DNA of 32,000 nt from Caldimicrobium thiodismutans (GTDB lineage: Bacteria > Desulfobacterota > Thermodesulfobacteria > Thermodesulfobacteriales > Thermodesulfobacteriaceae): assembly GCF_001548275.1 (NCBI RefSeq), contig NZ_AP014945.1, forward strand, positions 1,080,001-1,112,000. The letters are read 5' to 3'. Position numbers and translations under genes: made by a program. Each line of letters starts with the position of its first letter. Position 1 is the stretch's first letter. Positions 7,065 through 15,838 of the stretch are shown piece by piece. The notes under the pieces were generated by a model. That model was not told where the DNA came from, did not search any database, and saw nothing but the letters and a program-made list of their open reading frames with translations.

Positions 7065-8607
7065 CTTTTTCCCAGTGAAAGGAAACAATGTTTTTAGTAT
7101 CTTTACTAAAATCAAAGCCAAGGAGATAGAGCTCTTTGAACTTCCCTCTATATTTTTCGTGATACCCCTTTTCTTTAAGCTGTTCTATTGCCTTAGGGCT
7201 TTCTCCTTCCATCTCAACCACCTTAAACTCAACTATAAAACATCTCTCCTCAAAAATTATAGTTAAATCAATTCTTCCAAGGCTTGTATAATCCTCAGGG
7301 ATTACTTCAAAGCCTGCCCCCTCAAGAAAACTATAAACCACACTGGCATAATACCCTTCATATCCTGCTATCTCATTACTTCTATACCACTCATAGGGAA
7401 TCCCTGAAAAAAGGGCCTTTAAAACCTCTCCAAAGGCGGAAACCCTTCCCTCCCTCAAAGCCCTGGTTAACTTAAGGGTAAGCCTTGCACTCTCAGGCCC
7501 CTTCCTTGTCAAATAATCCACTATGTAATTATTCAGGGAAACTCTAACCTCTTTATTGGGATAACTCAGATAATAGAGGTATCCCGTTGGGATTTCTTCA
7601 ACTCCTTTTATGGTGAGATAGCCTGTTTGAAAGAGAAGGTTTTCTGGTTCAATAAAGTCCACATCAAAGCTTCCAAGGAGGCGCTCTGAAGCCATAAGTT
7701 CTGAGAGCTGGGGGATATAAAATTTCTTTTCCACCAGGAGTTTAATAAGAAAACTGGGAGTCCCTGTCTCAAACCAGTAAGGGTGAAATTGTCTTTCTTT
7801 TAGGTAAAGAAGCACATCAAAGGGATTGTAAACGGGTTCCCCAAGCCAGGAATAACCATTATACCAGCATTTAATAAGCTCTAAATCCTTATCTTGCAAT
7901 TCTTCCCCAAAGACCTTTTCAAGCTCTTTTTGAGTGTATCCACAGATAGTTGAATACTCTTTGCTTAAAGTAATATCTCTTAACTGATTTAGCCCTGAAA
8001 AAAGGGAAACCTTTGAGAATTTAGAAACTCCCGTTAGGAAAACAAATTTGAGCTGGGCATCAAGGGGCTTAAGAACACTATAAAAGTTTTTGAGGACATC
8101 TCTTACTGCCTTTGCAGTTTCTCTATCCTCAATGCAATCAAGAATGGGTTTATCATACTCATCAACAAGAACTACTACTTTAGATGCATACTTCTGAGAA
8201 AGTTTTAAGATTAGTTCCCTGAAACAGGCATGATAATCATCTTTCCATTTGCAGGTAATATCATAGAGATTTTGATGTTCCTCAAGTTGCTGAAGTATCC
8301 ATTTCTCAAGGGCTTCTGCACTTTTGACCTCTCCTCCCCCAAAATCAATATGAATAACGGGATACCTGATACTCCAGTCCCAGTTCTTTTCAAGATAGAG
8401 CCCCTGGAAAAGCTCTTTTCTTCCGAGGAAGGCCTGCTTCAGGGTATCCACAAAAAGGGATTTTCCAAATCTCCTCGGGCGAGAGAGAAAATAGTATTTC
8501 CCCCCGGAGGCAAGTTTTTCAACAAAATGAGTTTTATCCACATAATAATAGGGTTCTGAGCGAATCTCAACAAAGCTTGAAATCCCGATGGGTAGGTTTT
8601 TCCCCAT
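7057..8607 (-). CDS. AAA-ATPase-like (PF09820-type) protein with a C-terminal PD-(D/E)XK nuclease domain (PDDEXK_9 type)
   Basis: 516 aa. The N-terminus has GISSFVEIRSEPYYYVDKT and the Walker-A-like SRPRRFGKS, with Walker-B-like VVVLVDEYD. The C-terminus has GRIDLTIIFEERCFIVEFKV (D..ExK). Its 3' end overlaps the convergent TIGR03915 gene by 8 nt. Confidence 0.8.
   Translation of the reverse strand: MGKNLPIGISSFVEIRSEPYYYVDKTHFVEKLASGGKYYFLSRPRRFGKSLFVDTLKQAFLGRKELFQGLYLEKNWDWSIRYPVIHIDFGGGEVKSAEALEKWILQQLEEHQNLYDITCKWKDDYHACFRELILKLSQKYASKVVVLVDEYDKPILDCIEDRETAKAVRDVLKNFYSVLKPLDAQLKFVFLTGVSKFSKVSLFSGLNQLRDITLSKEYSTICGYTQKELEKVFGEELQDKDLELIKCWYNGYSWLGEPVYNPFDVLLYLKERQFHPYWFETGTPSFLIKLLVEKKFYIPQLSELMASERLLGSFDVDFIEPENLLFQTGYLTIKGVEEIPTGYLYYLSYPNKEVRVSLNNYIVDYLTRKGPESARLTLKLTRALREGRVSAFGEVLKALFSGIPYEWYRSNEIAGYEGYYASVVYSFLEGAGFEVIPEDYTSLGRIDLTIIFEERCFIVEFKVVEMEGESPKAIEQLKEKGYHEKYRGKFKELYLLGFDFSKDTKNIVSFHWEKVT
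8329..8607. repeat. 279-bp segment duplicated in inverted orientation at 29241..29519
   Basis: In my hand alignment of the encoded N-termini, 84 of 92 residues are identical (differences at positions 2, 27, 30, 33, 35, 53, 80 and 81). Nucleotide similarity is high throughout and stops abruptly after ..GATTTTGGGGGAGGAG. Confidence 0.85.
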
Positions 8608-8743
8608 AGCTTTATTTTAAGGCCTTTTTATCTGAATTTCAATATCAATATGTGGAACTTTAATATAAAAAGGGCCTTTATGAAGTAAGAGGAAGCAGTA
8701 TAAATTTATGCAAGAAGTTAATTAAGATTCAAGAAGACACATG

Positions 8744-8817
8744 CGCCCCCGGAGGGACTCGAACCCCCAACCTGCGGATTAGAAGTCCGCTGCTCTATCC
8801 TGTTGAGCTACAGGGGC
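8744..8817 (-). tRNA. tRNA-Arg (anticodon UCU)
   Basis: The reverse complement GCCCCTGTAGCTCAACAGGATAGAGCAGCGGACTTCTAATCCGCAGGTTGGGGGTTCGAGTCCCTCCGGGGGCG is 74 nt. It has a 7-bp acceptor stem, anticodon loop CT-TCT-AA and a TTCGAGT T-loop. Confidence 0.9.
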
Positions 8818-8828
8818 AAGCTCTCTAA

Positions 8829-8856
8829 AATTTAATCCAAAAATAATTTTTGACAA
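8829..8856 (-). promoter_or_regulatory. Candidate promoter for tRNA-Arg
   Basis: On the minus strand: TTGTCA (8856->8851), 16-nt spacer, TAAATT (8834->8829), about 11 nt upstream of the tRNA 5' end. Its -35 overlaps the -35 of the divergent + strand promoter. Confidence 0.35.
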
Positions 8857-8878
8857 GACCTCCTGAAAGGTGTATAAT
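8850..8878 (+). promoter_or_regulatory. Perfect-consensus sigma70 promoter (TTGACA-17-TATAAT) driving the 8887.. operon, probably as a leaderless mRNA
   Basis: TTGACA at 8850-8855, an exact 17-nt spacer, and TATAAT at 8873-8878. The ATG at 8887 is only 8 nt after the -10, and no Shine-Dalgarno sequence lies between them. Confidence 0.6.
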
Positions 8879-8886
8879 CTTACTCA

Positions 8887-9672
8887 ATGAACTGGGAAGA
8901 CCTCAGAAATCTCTTTTTTGAAGACTTAAAGGCCGAGTGGATAGGGGAGCGTCTCTTAAAGCAACCACCCTGGGAGGTCTTGAAAGAATTAAAATCCTTC
9001 TTACATGATTCTTTACCTGAGATACCCAGAATTTTATCACAAAAACAGCCCCTTTTAGAGGATTATTTTCTCTCAACTGAGGGAGACCTTATTCCTCTGA
9101 ATCAAATTACAAAAGAAGAAGATAATTATTTTTTTCGGGGGGCGAAAATTAAGGGAGCTATCTTAATGGCTGGAACTTATATAAAGGGAACACGCTTTTA
9201 CTTTGGGGAAGGTGTTATTGTTGAGCCCTTTAGTTATATTGAGGAACCTGCCTATTTTTCAGAGGGCACTCAGATTCGTCATGCCTCCTATGTGAGAGGA
9301 AGTGTCTATACAGGGAAAGGGGCTGTTATCGGGCACACAACTGAAGTAAAAAATTCTATCTTTTTAAAAGAAGCAAAGGCAGCTCACTTTGCCTATGTAG
9401 GAGATAGTATCCTTGGGGCAGAGGTAAATCTTGGTGCAGGTACAAAACTTGCAAACTTGAAATTTTTAAAAAGGGAAATTACCTTTGAAATTAATGAGGT
9501 AAAATTTAAGACAGGTCTAAGAAAAATGGGTGCCATCCTGGGGGATAGAGTTCAGACTGGATGTAATGTGGTGCTTCAGCCAGGCACCCTCCTTGGAAAG
9601 GGCACTGTAGTGTATCCAGGGATGACCGCTGGGTCTGGCTTTTTTCCACCGGGAAGCAAAATAAAATCTTAA
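8887..9672 (+). CDS. Left-handed beta-helix (hexapeptide-repeat) transferase-family protein, GlmU C-terminal-like
   Basis: 261 aa. The C-terminal two thirds show hexapeptide periodicity (..GAVIGHTTEVKNSIF..AHFAYVGDSILGAEVNLGAGTKLANL..GAILGDRVQTGCNVVLQPGTLLGKGTVV). No nucleotidyltransferase domain is present. Confidence 0.65.
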   Translation: MNWEDLRNLFFEDLKAEWIGERLLKQPPWEVLKELKSFLHDSLPEIPRILSQKQPLLEDYFLSTEGDLIPLNQITKEEDNYFFRGAKIKGAILMAGTYIKGTRFYFGEGVIVEPFSYIEEPAYFSEGTQIRHASYVRGSVYTGKGAVIGHTTEVKNSIFLKEAKAAHFAYVGDSILGAEVNLGAGTKLANLKFLKREITFEINEVKFKTGLRKMGAILGDRVQTGCNVVLQPGTLLGKGTVVYPGMTAGSGFFPPGSKIKS

Positions 9673-9688
9673 GGGAGGAGTATTAGAT

Positions 9689-10570
9689 ATGAAAAGGATC
9701 CTTTTGAGTGTTATTGCTATTTGTTTCTTTTTTAGCACTCAGGCCTTGGCGGAAAAATTAATAGCTGAAGTTGGCCCTTATAAGCTTTTTGATACAGAGC
9801 TTCAAAAAATTATGGAAGATGATCCCCAGATAAAGCAGATTCTTCAGGCCAAACCAGAATTAAAAACCCAGGTTTTACAAAGTTTGATTGAGAGATGGAT
9901 GAATATATCTCTTTTTGCTTTAGCCGGTAAGGAGGCTAAGCTCACCGATGATCCCGAGGTTAAGAAAAAATTAATGGAATCTGAGAAGATGATCCTTGCA
10001 GAGGAGTATCTCCAGAAAAACATCTCAAAGATAAATATTTCAGAGGAAGAGATAAAAGACTATTATGAAAAAAATAAGGCCCAATACAAAGAGCCTGAAG
10101 GAGTTAAGTTAAGACACATCTTGATCTATGTTCCCAAAAATGCCGACAAAAAAACAGAAGAAAAGGCTTTAAATAGAGCCAAACAGATCAGAGCTCAGCT
10201 TCTTAAGGGAGCTAAATTTGAGGAGCTCGCTAAGATTCACTCTGATGATACAGCATCCCGTGACAAAGGAGGAGACCTCGGGATCCTCAGAGAAGGAGAG
10301 ACCATTCCAGAGTTTGAAAAAAGTGTTTTTAAGTTGAAGCCAGGTGAAATCAGTGAACCCATCCACTCCCCTTATGGGTATCACATTGTTAAGGTTGAAA
10401 AGAAGATCCCCTCTCAGGAACTACCCCTTGAAAAAGTTAAAGATAGGGTTAGAGAAGACTTAATGAAAGAGAAGGAAAGAGAAGCTTTTCAGAAACTTTT
10501 ACAGGAATTAGTTAAAAAATATGGGCCCAAGGTATATTTAGAAAAGGAAAATAGAGGTGCTTCAAAATAG
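9689..10570 (+). CDS. Secreted parvulin-type peptidyl-prolyl isomerase (PpiC/PrsA/SurA family)
   Basis: Signal peptide MKRILLSVIAICFFFSTQALA, then a parvulin domain: VKLRHILIYV..FEELAKIHSDDTASRDKGGDLGILREGETIPEFEKSVFKLKPGEISEPIHSPYGYHIVKV. Confidence 0.85.
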   Translation: MKRILLSVIAICFFFSTQALAEKLIAEVGPYKLFDTELQKIMEDDPQIKQILQAKPELKTQVLQSLIERWMNISLFALAGKEAKLTDDPEVKKKLMESEKMILAEEYLQKNISKINISEEEIKDYYEKNKAQYKEPEGVKLRHILIYVPKNADKKTEEKALNRAKQIRAQLLKGAKFEELAKIHSDDTASRDKGGDLGILREGETIPEFEKSVFKLKPGEISEPIHSPYGYHIVKVEKKIPSQELPLEKVKDRVREDLMKEKEREAFQKLLQELVKKYGPKVYLEKENRGASK

Positions 10571-11096
10571 TAAAAAACACCTTAAACGATATCTTCTTAG
10601 ACCGGAGGAGGCCCTTTTTGTTGATATAGAAACAGAGGGCCTCTCCAAGGAAAGAAATGACATTACTCTTATTGGTATATACAAAAAAGATAGATATTTT
10701 GCCTTTGTCAAGGGTATCAACTTAGAAAAGGCTCTGAGGTTTTTAGCTACAACCCCTCTCTGGATAACCTTTGGAGGTGAAAACTTTGATATCCCCTTTT
10801 TAAAGAAGACCTTTCAGGGACTAAGCTATCCCGAGATTCATCTGGATCTCTATCACCTGACCGGGGCTATCGGGCTTAAAGGTGGTCTCAAAAAGATTGA
10901 AAAGGCCTTAGGCCTTGAGAGACAAACCGATGGAATGAATGGATATGATGCCGTCAAGCTTTGGAAGAAATGGGTTGAAGATAGAGATAAAAGCGCTTTA
11001 CGAAAACTAATCCTTTACAATAGAGAGGATGTGGTAAATTTAAAGATTATTCTTGAACATGTGATTCGAAAATTTTTCTTTGAAGAAAGGGGGTAG
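10557..11096 (+). CDS. RNase H-like fold 3'-5' exonuclease-domain protein (YprB/COG3359-like)
   Basis: 179 aa with ALFVDIETEGLS (DxE exonuclease motif I), ..ITFGGENFDIPFL.. and ..LILYNREDVVNL... The GTG start overlaps the upstream gene by 14 nt. Confidence 0.6.
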   Translation: MLQNSKKHLKRYLLRPEEALFVDIETEGLSKERNDITLIGIYKKDRYFAFVKGINLEKALRFLATTPLWITFGGENFDIPFLKKTFQGLSYPEIHLDLYHLTGAIGLKGGLKKIEKALGLERQTDGMNGYDAVKLWKKWVEDRDKSALRKLILYNREDVVNLKIILEHVIRKFFFEERG

Positions 11097-11101
11097 AGAA
11101 G

Positions 11102-12580
11102 ATGAAAAGATGGCCCACTTATAAGACCATATTGGTTATGCTTTTAATATTTGCTTTGGGGGTCTTTGCTCGGGAGACCCTGCGTCACCTTAATTTTTTC
11201 AAGGCTCAGGGAGTGATAGCTGAAGATGGAAAACTTCTCCAGGATGAAAACATTCAGCTTGCTCAAAAGTTTTCTCAGGCCTTTTCATTGGTTGCAGAAA
11301 AATCAGCTAAAGCTGTAGTTTACATTGAGACAGAAAGGGTTGTCTCTCATCCTCAACCCACTTTCCCCTTTGATTTTTTTGGAGAAGAATTTATGAAACG
11401 CTTTTTTTCACCCCCCCGTTTTAGAGAGAGAGGGGCAGGCTCTGGCTTTATTCTTTCAAGTGATGGTTATATTGTGACCAATAATCATGTTATAGAGGGA
11501 GCTCAAAAGATTACAGTTAAGATGCTTGATGGGAGAGTCTTTAAGGGTAAGGTAGTTGGAGCAGATCCCTTTTCAGATGTTGCTTTAGTAAAGGTTTCAG
11601 CTGATCATTTGCCTACCCTTCCTCTTGGAAATTCGGATTTGATAAGGGTTGGTGAATGGGTGATTGCTATCGGGAATCCCTTTGGTTTAACTCATACAGT
11701 TACTGTAGGGGTAATTAGTGCCAAGGGAAGAAGTGGTATTGGCATTACGGATATTGAGGACTTTATTCAGACGGATGCTGCCATTAATCCAGGCAACTCA
11801 GGTGGGCCATTACTTAATCTTAAAGGTGAAGTTATAGGTATGAATACTGCTATTTTCTCTCGCTCAGGTGGCTACATGGGAATTGGGTTTGCAATTCCTA
11901 TAAATATTGTGAAATCTGTTGCAGAGCAGATCAAATCTAAGGGTAAAGTGGAAAGAGGCTGGCTGGGAGTGGTTATTCAGGATCTTACCCCAAGTCTGGC
12001 AGAAGAACTGGGGATAAAGGCAAAAGAAGGTGTTTTGGTAGTTGAAGTGGTTCCTGATTCACCAGCAGCTAAAGCAGGGTTAAAGGAAAAGGATGTAATT
12101 TTAAGAATAAATGGAAAGGAGATTAAAAATTCTGCGGAATTAAGAAGCACCATCCTTCTTATTAAACCAGGAACCACAGTTGATCTTGAAATCATAAGAG
12201 GCTCTGAAAGGAAAACACTCAAAGTAGTTATTGAGGCCCCAAAGAAATCAGCTTTGACCTCCAAGGCAGAAAGAGATAAATTACAAGAGCTTCTGGAGGA
12301 GTTTGGCCTTGTGGTCTCCGATTTAACTCCAGATATAGCCAGACGCTTTGGAATTCCATCTAAAATTAAAGGAGTGGTGGTTGTAGAGGTTCTTCCCGAT
12401 ACTCCCGCAGACTTTGCCGGTCTTGCTTCTGGTATGGTTATTGAAGAGGCTAATAAAAAAAGGGTCTCAAATACCCTTGATTTGTATGAGGCTTTAAAGG
12501 AATCTGCTCAGAAAAAAAGACTTCTGCTCGGAGTCCGTACTGCACGAGGTAAGTTTTTTGTAACTTTAAGCTTAGAGTAA
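11102..12580 (+). CDS. htrA: Periplasmic serine endoprotease DegP/HtrA family with two PDZ domains
   Basis: 492 aa with the catalytic triad contexts TNNHV, DVALVKV and GNSGGPL, followed by two PDZ-like segments (..GVLVVEVVPDSPAAKAGLKEKDVILRINGKEI.. and ..GVVVVEVLPDTPADFAGLASGMVIEEANKKRV..). Confidence 0.92.
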   Translation: MKRWPTYKTILVMLLIFALGVFARETLRHLNFFKAQGVIAEDGKLLQDENIQLAQKFSQAFSLVAEKSAKAVVYIETERVVSHPQPTFPFDFFGEEFMKRFFSPPRFRERGAGSGFILSSDGYIVTNNHVIEGAQKITVKMLDGRVFKGKVVGADPFSDVALVKVSADHLPTLPLGNSDLIRVGEWVIAIGNPFGLTHTVTVGVISAKGRSGIGITDIEDFIQTDAAINPGNSGGPLLNLKGEVIGMNTAIFSRSGGYMGIGFAIPINIVKSVAEQIKSKGKVERGWLGVVIQDLTPSLAEELGIKAKEGVLVVEVVPDSPAAKAGLKEKDVILRINGKEIKNSAELRSTILLIKPGTTVDLEIIRGSERKTLKVVIEAPKKSALTSKAERDKLQELLEEFGLVVSDLTPDIARRFGIPSKIKGVVVVEVLPDTPADFAGLASGMVIEEANKKRVSNTLDLYEALKESAQKKRLLLGVRTARGKFFVTLSLE

Positions 12581-12582
12581 GT

Positions 12583-13470
12583 ATGCACTTATTGAGTATA
12601 ATCTTTCTGAGTTTGTTATTATTTTTTGCATCAAAGGGATTTTCTGCTCAGGCTATAAATAAAATTGTTGCTATAGTAGGGGATGAGATTCTTACTCTTT
12701 ATGAACTTGATCAGATGGGGGAGCCTTATTATCAAAAATTTATAAAACCTGAAACATCTCCTGAAGAGGCCGAGGCAATCAAAAATAAGATCCGTCGAGA
12801 TCTTCTGGATCAATGGATTGAGGATACAGTCATTGGCCTTGAGGCCAAAAAATACGGTATAAAGGTTACAGATGCGGAGCTTAATGAGTATTTGAAAGAA
12901 GAACTTAAACAAGCAGAAGCCCAGGGCTTAAACCTTGCAGAGGTAAAGGAAAAACTCAAAGATCGTCTGATGAAAATAAAATTTATTCATCTGACAGTTA
13001 GAGAAAAAATTGCTATTCCTGAGGAAGAATTAAAAAAGGCTTATGAAATTAAGATTAAAAATTTTGATCCAACCCCCAAGTATCAGCTTGAGATCCTGTT
13101 GATTAAGGAGGACCTTTTGGTCAAGGATCTTTACGAGCAGATTTTAAAAGGAAAGAGTTTTCAAGAAATCTATCAAGCTAATAGGGAACAGACTCTTTAT
13201 TTCAGGGAGATTTTTAAAGAAGAAGAGATTGACAAGAACATTTTACAGGAGCTAAAAAAGCTTAAACCTGGAGAGGTTACAGAACCTTTAAAAAGAGGAG
13301 AGGCCTTTCAGATTATCCGTTTAATCAAAAAAGAGGAGGGGCAACCTCCTGCTTATGAAGAGGTCAAAAAAGAGCTTTACGAAGAGCTTTTTCAAAAAAA
13401 GGCCCAGGAGTATCTCGAGAAGTGGATTAAAGAGCTCAAAGAGACCAAGTTTGTGAAGGTTTATTTATAA
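12583..13470 (+). CDS. SurA-N-domain chaperone-like protein with a degenerate parvulin domain
   Basis: Signal peptide, then INKIVAIVGDEILTLYELDQ (SurA N-terminal pattern). The C-terminal parvulin-like region (YQLEILLIKED..LKPGEVTEPLKRGEAFQIIRL) lacks the catalytic His context. Confidence 0.6.
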   Translation: MHLLSIIFLSLLLFFASKGFSAQAINKIVAIVGDEILTLYELDQMGEPYYQKFIKPETSPEEAEAIKNKIRRDLLDQWIEDTVIGLEAKKYGIKVTDAELNEYLKEELKQAEAQGLNLAEVKEKLKDRLMKIKFIHLTVREKIAIPEEELKKAYEIKIKNFDPTPKYQLEILLIKEDLLVKDLYEQILKGKSFQEIYQANREQTLYFREIFKEEEIDKNILQELKKLKPGEVTEPLKRGEAFQIIRLIKKEEGQPPAYEEVKKELYEELFQKKAQEYLEKWIKELKETKFVKVYL

Positions 13471-13474
13471 AAGG

Positions 13475-14227
13475 GTGCTGTTTACACTTCCCGCCCTTGT
13501 TCTTGATAAAGACAAGATTGAAGAGATAGATTACTTAGTTACCCTTTTTACACCACGAGGAAAAACACGAGTTCTTGCCAAAGGTGCTCAAAAGTCCTTA
13601 AAAAGATTTCTCAATCTTCTTGAGGATCTTACCTATTTGAGGGTGCATCTTCGTAAACCCCAGAGAGGAAAGATCTTTATTCTTGAAGGAGCAGATCTTT
13701 TATATCTTCCAGAAAGCCCAAGAAAGGAGCCCTTGAAATTTTATTTTTTTTCCTATCTTGCTGAGGTAATAGACTTTACCTCTCCATCTTCTCTTTCAAA
13801 GGAGAGTTTTTACTGGATTACGGAATATGTAAAAGATATTGATAGAAGAGATGCGGTAAAACTGGATAAATTCTTTTGGGAAATGAAGTGGTTAGAGATT
13901 TGCGGACTTTCTCCTTATATATATGATTGTGTGAGATGTGGAAAGAGGCCCCAGAGAATGTTTTACTTTTCCATTTCTCAAGGAGGAGTTTTATGCTTGA
14001 ATTGTCGAGATGAAAATGTCTTTATTCTTAGCCCTTCTCAGATTGACCTTTTAAGAAAGATTGGTAGAATTAAAACACTTAAGGAGATGGAAATCCTTTG
14101 GGAAGGGCTTTTTGAGGAAGAGAGGGGGCAACTTTTAGAGCTTTCTGAGAGATTTTTTCTACATCACTTTGATTGGGAGCCAAGATCCCTTAAACTTTTA
14201 AAGGAGCATTGGGTTAACCATGGATGA
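13475..14227 (+). CDS. recO: DNA repair protein RecO
   Basis: 250 aa with an N-terminal OB-fold-like region and the RecO zinc motif CVRCGKRP..x..CLNCRD. Confidence 0.8.
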   Translation: MLFTLPALVLDKDKIEEIDYLVTLFTPRGKTRVLAKGAQKSLKRFLNLLEDLTYLRVHLRKPQRGKIFILEGADLLYLPESPRKEPLKFYFFSYLAEVIDFTSPSSLSKESFYWITEYVKDIDRRDAVKLDKFFWEMKWLEICGLSPYIYDCVRCGKRPQRMFYFSISQGGVLCLNCRDENVFILSPSQIDLLRKIGRIKTLKEMEILWEGLFEEERGQLLELSERFFLHHFDWEPRSLKLLKEHWVNHG

Positions 14228-14900
14228 GGCGATTAAAAATAGATTTTTAGAGGAAAAACAATATGTTCTTGAAGGTCTTCAGGCCAAGGAATCCTGGAGG
14301 CTCTTTAGAATTTTAGCTGAATTTGTAGAAGGTTTTGAGGTTTTACCCAGAGTTTATCCCGGAGTTACTGTCTTTGGTTCAGCCCGGACAAAACCGGAGG
14401 ATGCTGATTATCAGAGGGCCTTTGAGCTGGGGAGGCTCCTTGTAAAATCTGGTTTTTCGGTAATTACAGGAGGTGGCCCCGGGATAATGGAGGCGGCTAA
14501 TAAAGGGGCTAAAGAGGCAGGAGGTTATTCCGTTGGGCTTAATATCAAACTTCCTATGGAGCAGGAGCCCAATCCCTATGCCAATGTGAGGCTTGAGTTT
14601 CGCTACTTCTTTATTCGTAAAGTTATGCTGGCTAAATACTCCGTTGCCTTTGTCTTTTTTCCCGGTGGGTTCGGCACTATGGATGAGATGTTTGAGATTT
14701 TGACCCTTGTGCAGACTAAAAAGATAAGGCCTGTGCCTATTGTACTTGTAGATAGAGAATTTTGGAAACCTATGTATGCCTGGCTTAGTAAAACCTTGAT
14801 TGCTACGGGTAAAATTTCTCCCTCAGATGTTGAACTTTTTAGAATACTTGATGAACCTCAGGAAGTGGTAAATCATATAAAAGAAAAACTCTGGATTTAG
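14220..14900 (+). CDS. LOG-family (TIGR00730) nucleotide/cytokinin riboside 5'-monophosphate phosphoribohydrolase-like protein
   Basis: Contains GGGPGIMEAANKGA and the PGGFGTMDE motif. It overlaps recO by 8 nt. Confidence 0.85.
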   Translation: MDEAIKNRFLEEKQYVLEGLQAKESWRLFRILAEFVEGFEVLPRVYPGVTVFGSARTKPEDADYQRAFELGRLLVKSGFSVITGGGPGIMEAANKGAKEAGGYSVGLNIKLPMEQEPNPYANVRLEFRYFFIRKVMLAKYSVAFVFFPGGFGTMDEMFEILTLVQTKKIRPVPIVLVDREFWKPMYAWLSKTLIATGKISPSDVELFRILDEPQEVVNHIKEKLWI

Positions 14901-14905
14901 ACACC

Positions 14906-15835
14906 ATGCGACATCTCCTGGATATACAGAGCCTTTCTCAAGAGGAAATCTCAGAAATTCTGAGGCTTGCAGAAAATCTTAAAGAAATCCTGATCAGGCC
15001 CATTCCCAAGGTGCCAACTCTGAGAGGTAAATTGGTTTTACTTTTGTTTTATGAACCTTCAACACGCACCAAATTTTCCTTTGAAAGGGCCTGCAAGGTT
15101 TTGTCTGCTGATACCATGAGCTTTTCTGCCAAGGGAAGTAGTCTCGAAAAAGGAGAGACCATTCTGGATACAGTTAAAAATCTTTATGCCCTGGGAGTTA
15201 ATCTTCTTGTTATAAGGCACAATCTCTCAGGGACTCCCCATTTTCTTGCCAAACATCTAAAAATTCCTGTGGTCAATGCAGGAGATGGTATTCATGAGCA
15301 TCCTACCCAGGCCCTATTAGATTTGTTAACTGTAAAGGAAAAGCTGGGCACTCTTTCAGGTTTAAAGGTTGCTATAGTGGGAGACATTAAACATAGCAGA
15401 GTTGCTCATTCAGATATTCTTGCCTTTCAAAAAATGGGTTCATCGGTTTATGTCACAGGGCCTGCTCATCTCCTGCCAGAACCGAAAGAAAGGGAGTTTT
15501 TTGAGGTTAAATCCGGAGGCTTTAAGGTCTGCTACAAGATGGAGGACGCCTTGAAGGATGCTGATGTTGTAATGGCCTTAAGGATTCAACGAGAAAGACA
15601 TGGGGAGCCCTTTATTCCTGCTCTTAAGGAATATGCTGAGATCTTTGGGCTTACACCAAAATACCTTGAGTTGATTAAAGAAAAGGCCCTTCTTATGCAT
15701 CCAGGACCTATTAATTGGGGGGTTGAACTTTCCTATGAAATGGAAAAATATCCCTTTCAAGTTATTCTTGATCAGGTGGAAAATGGAGTGGCGGTAAGGA
15801 TGGCGGTTCTTTTAAGATTTCTTTCAGGGGATTAA
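14906..15835 (+). CDS. pyrB: Aspartate carbamoyltransferase catalytic subunit
   Basis: Contains STRTKFSFE, HEHPTQALLD and LMHPGP. Confidence 0.95.
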   Translation: MRHLLDIQSLSQEEISEILRLAENLKEILIRPIPKVPTLRGKLVLLLFYEPSTRTKFSFERACKVLSADTMSFSAKGSSLEKGETILDTVKNLYALGVNLLVIRHNLSGTPHFLAKHLKIPVVNAGDGIHEHPTQALLDLLTVKEKLGTLSGLKVAIVGDIKHSRVAHSDILAFQKMGSSVYVTGPAHLLPEPKEREFFEVKSGGFKVCYKMEDALKDADVVMALRIQRERHGEPFIPALKEYAEIFGLTPKYLELIKEKALLMHPGPINWGVELSYEMEKYPFQVILDQVENGVAVRMAVLLRFLSGD

Positions 15836-15838
15836 AAA

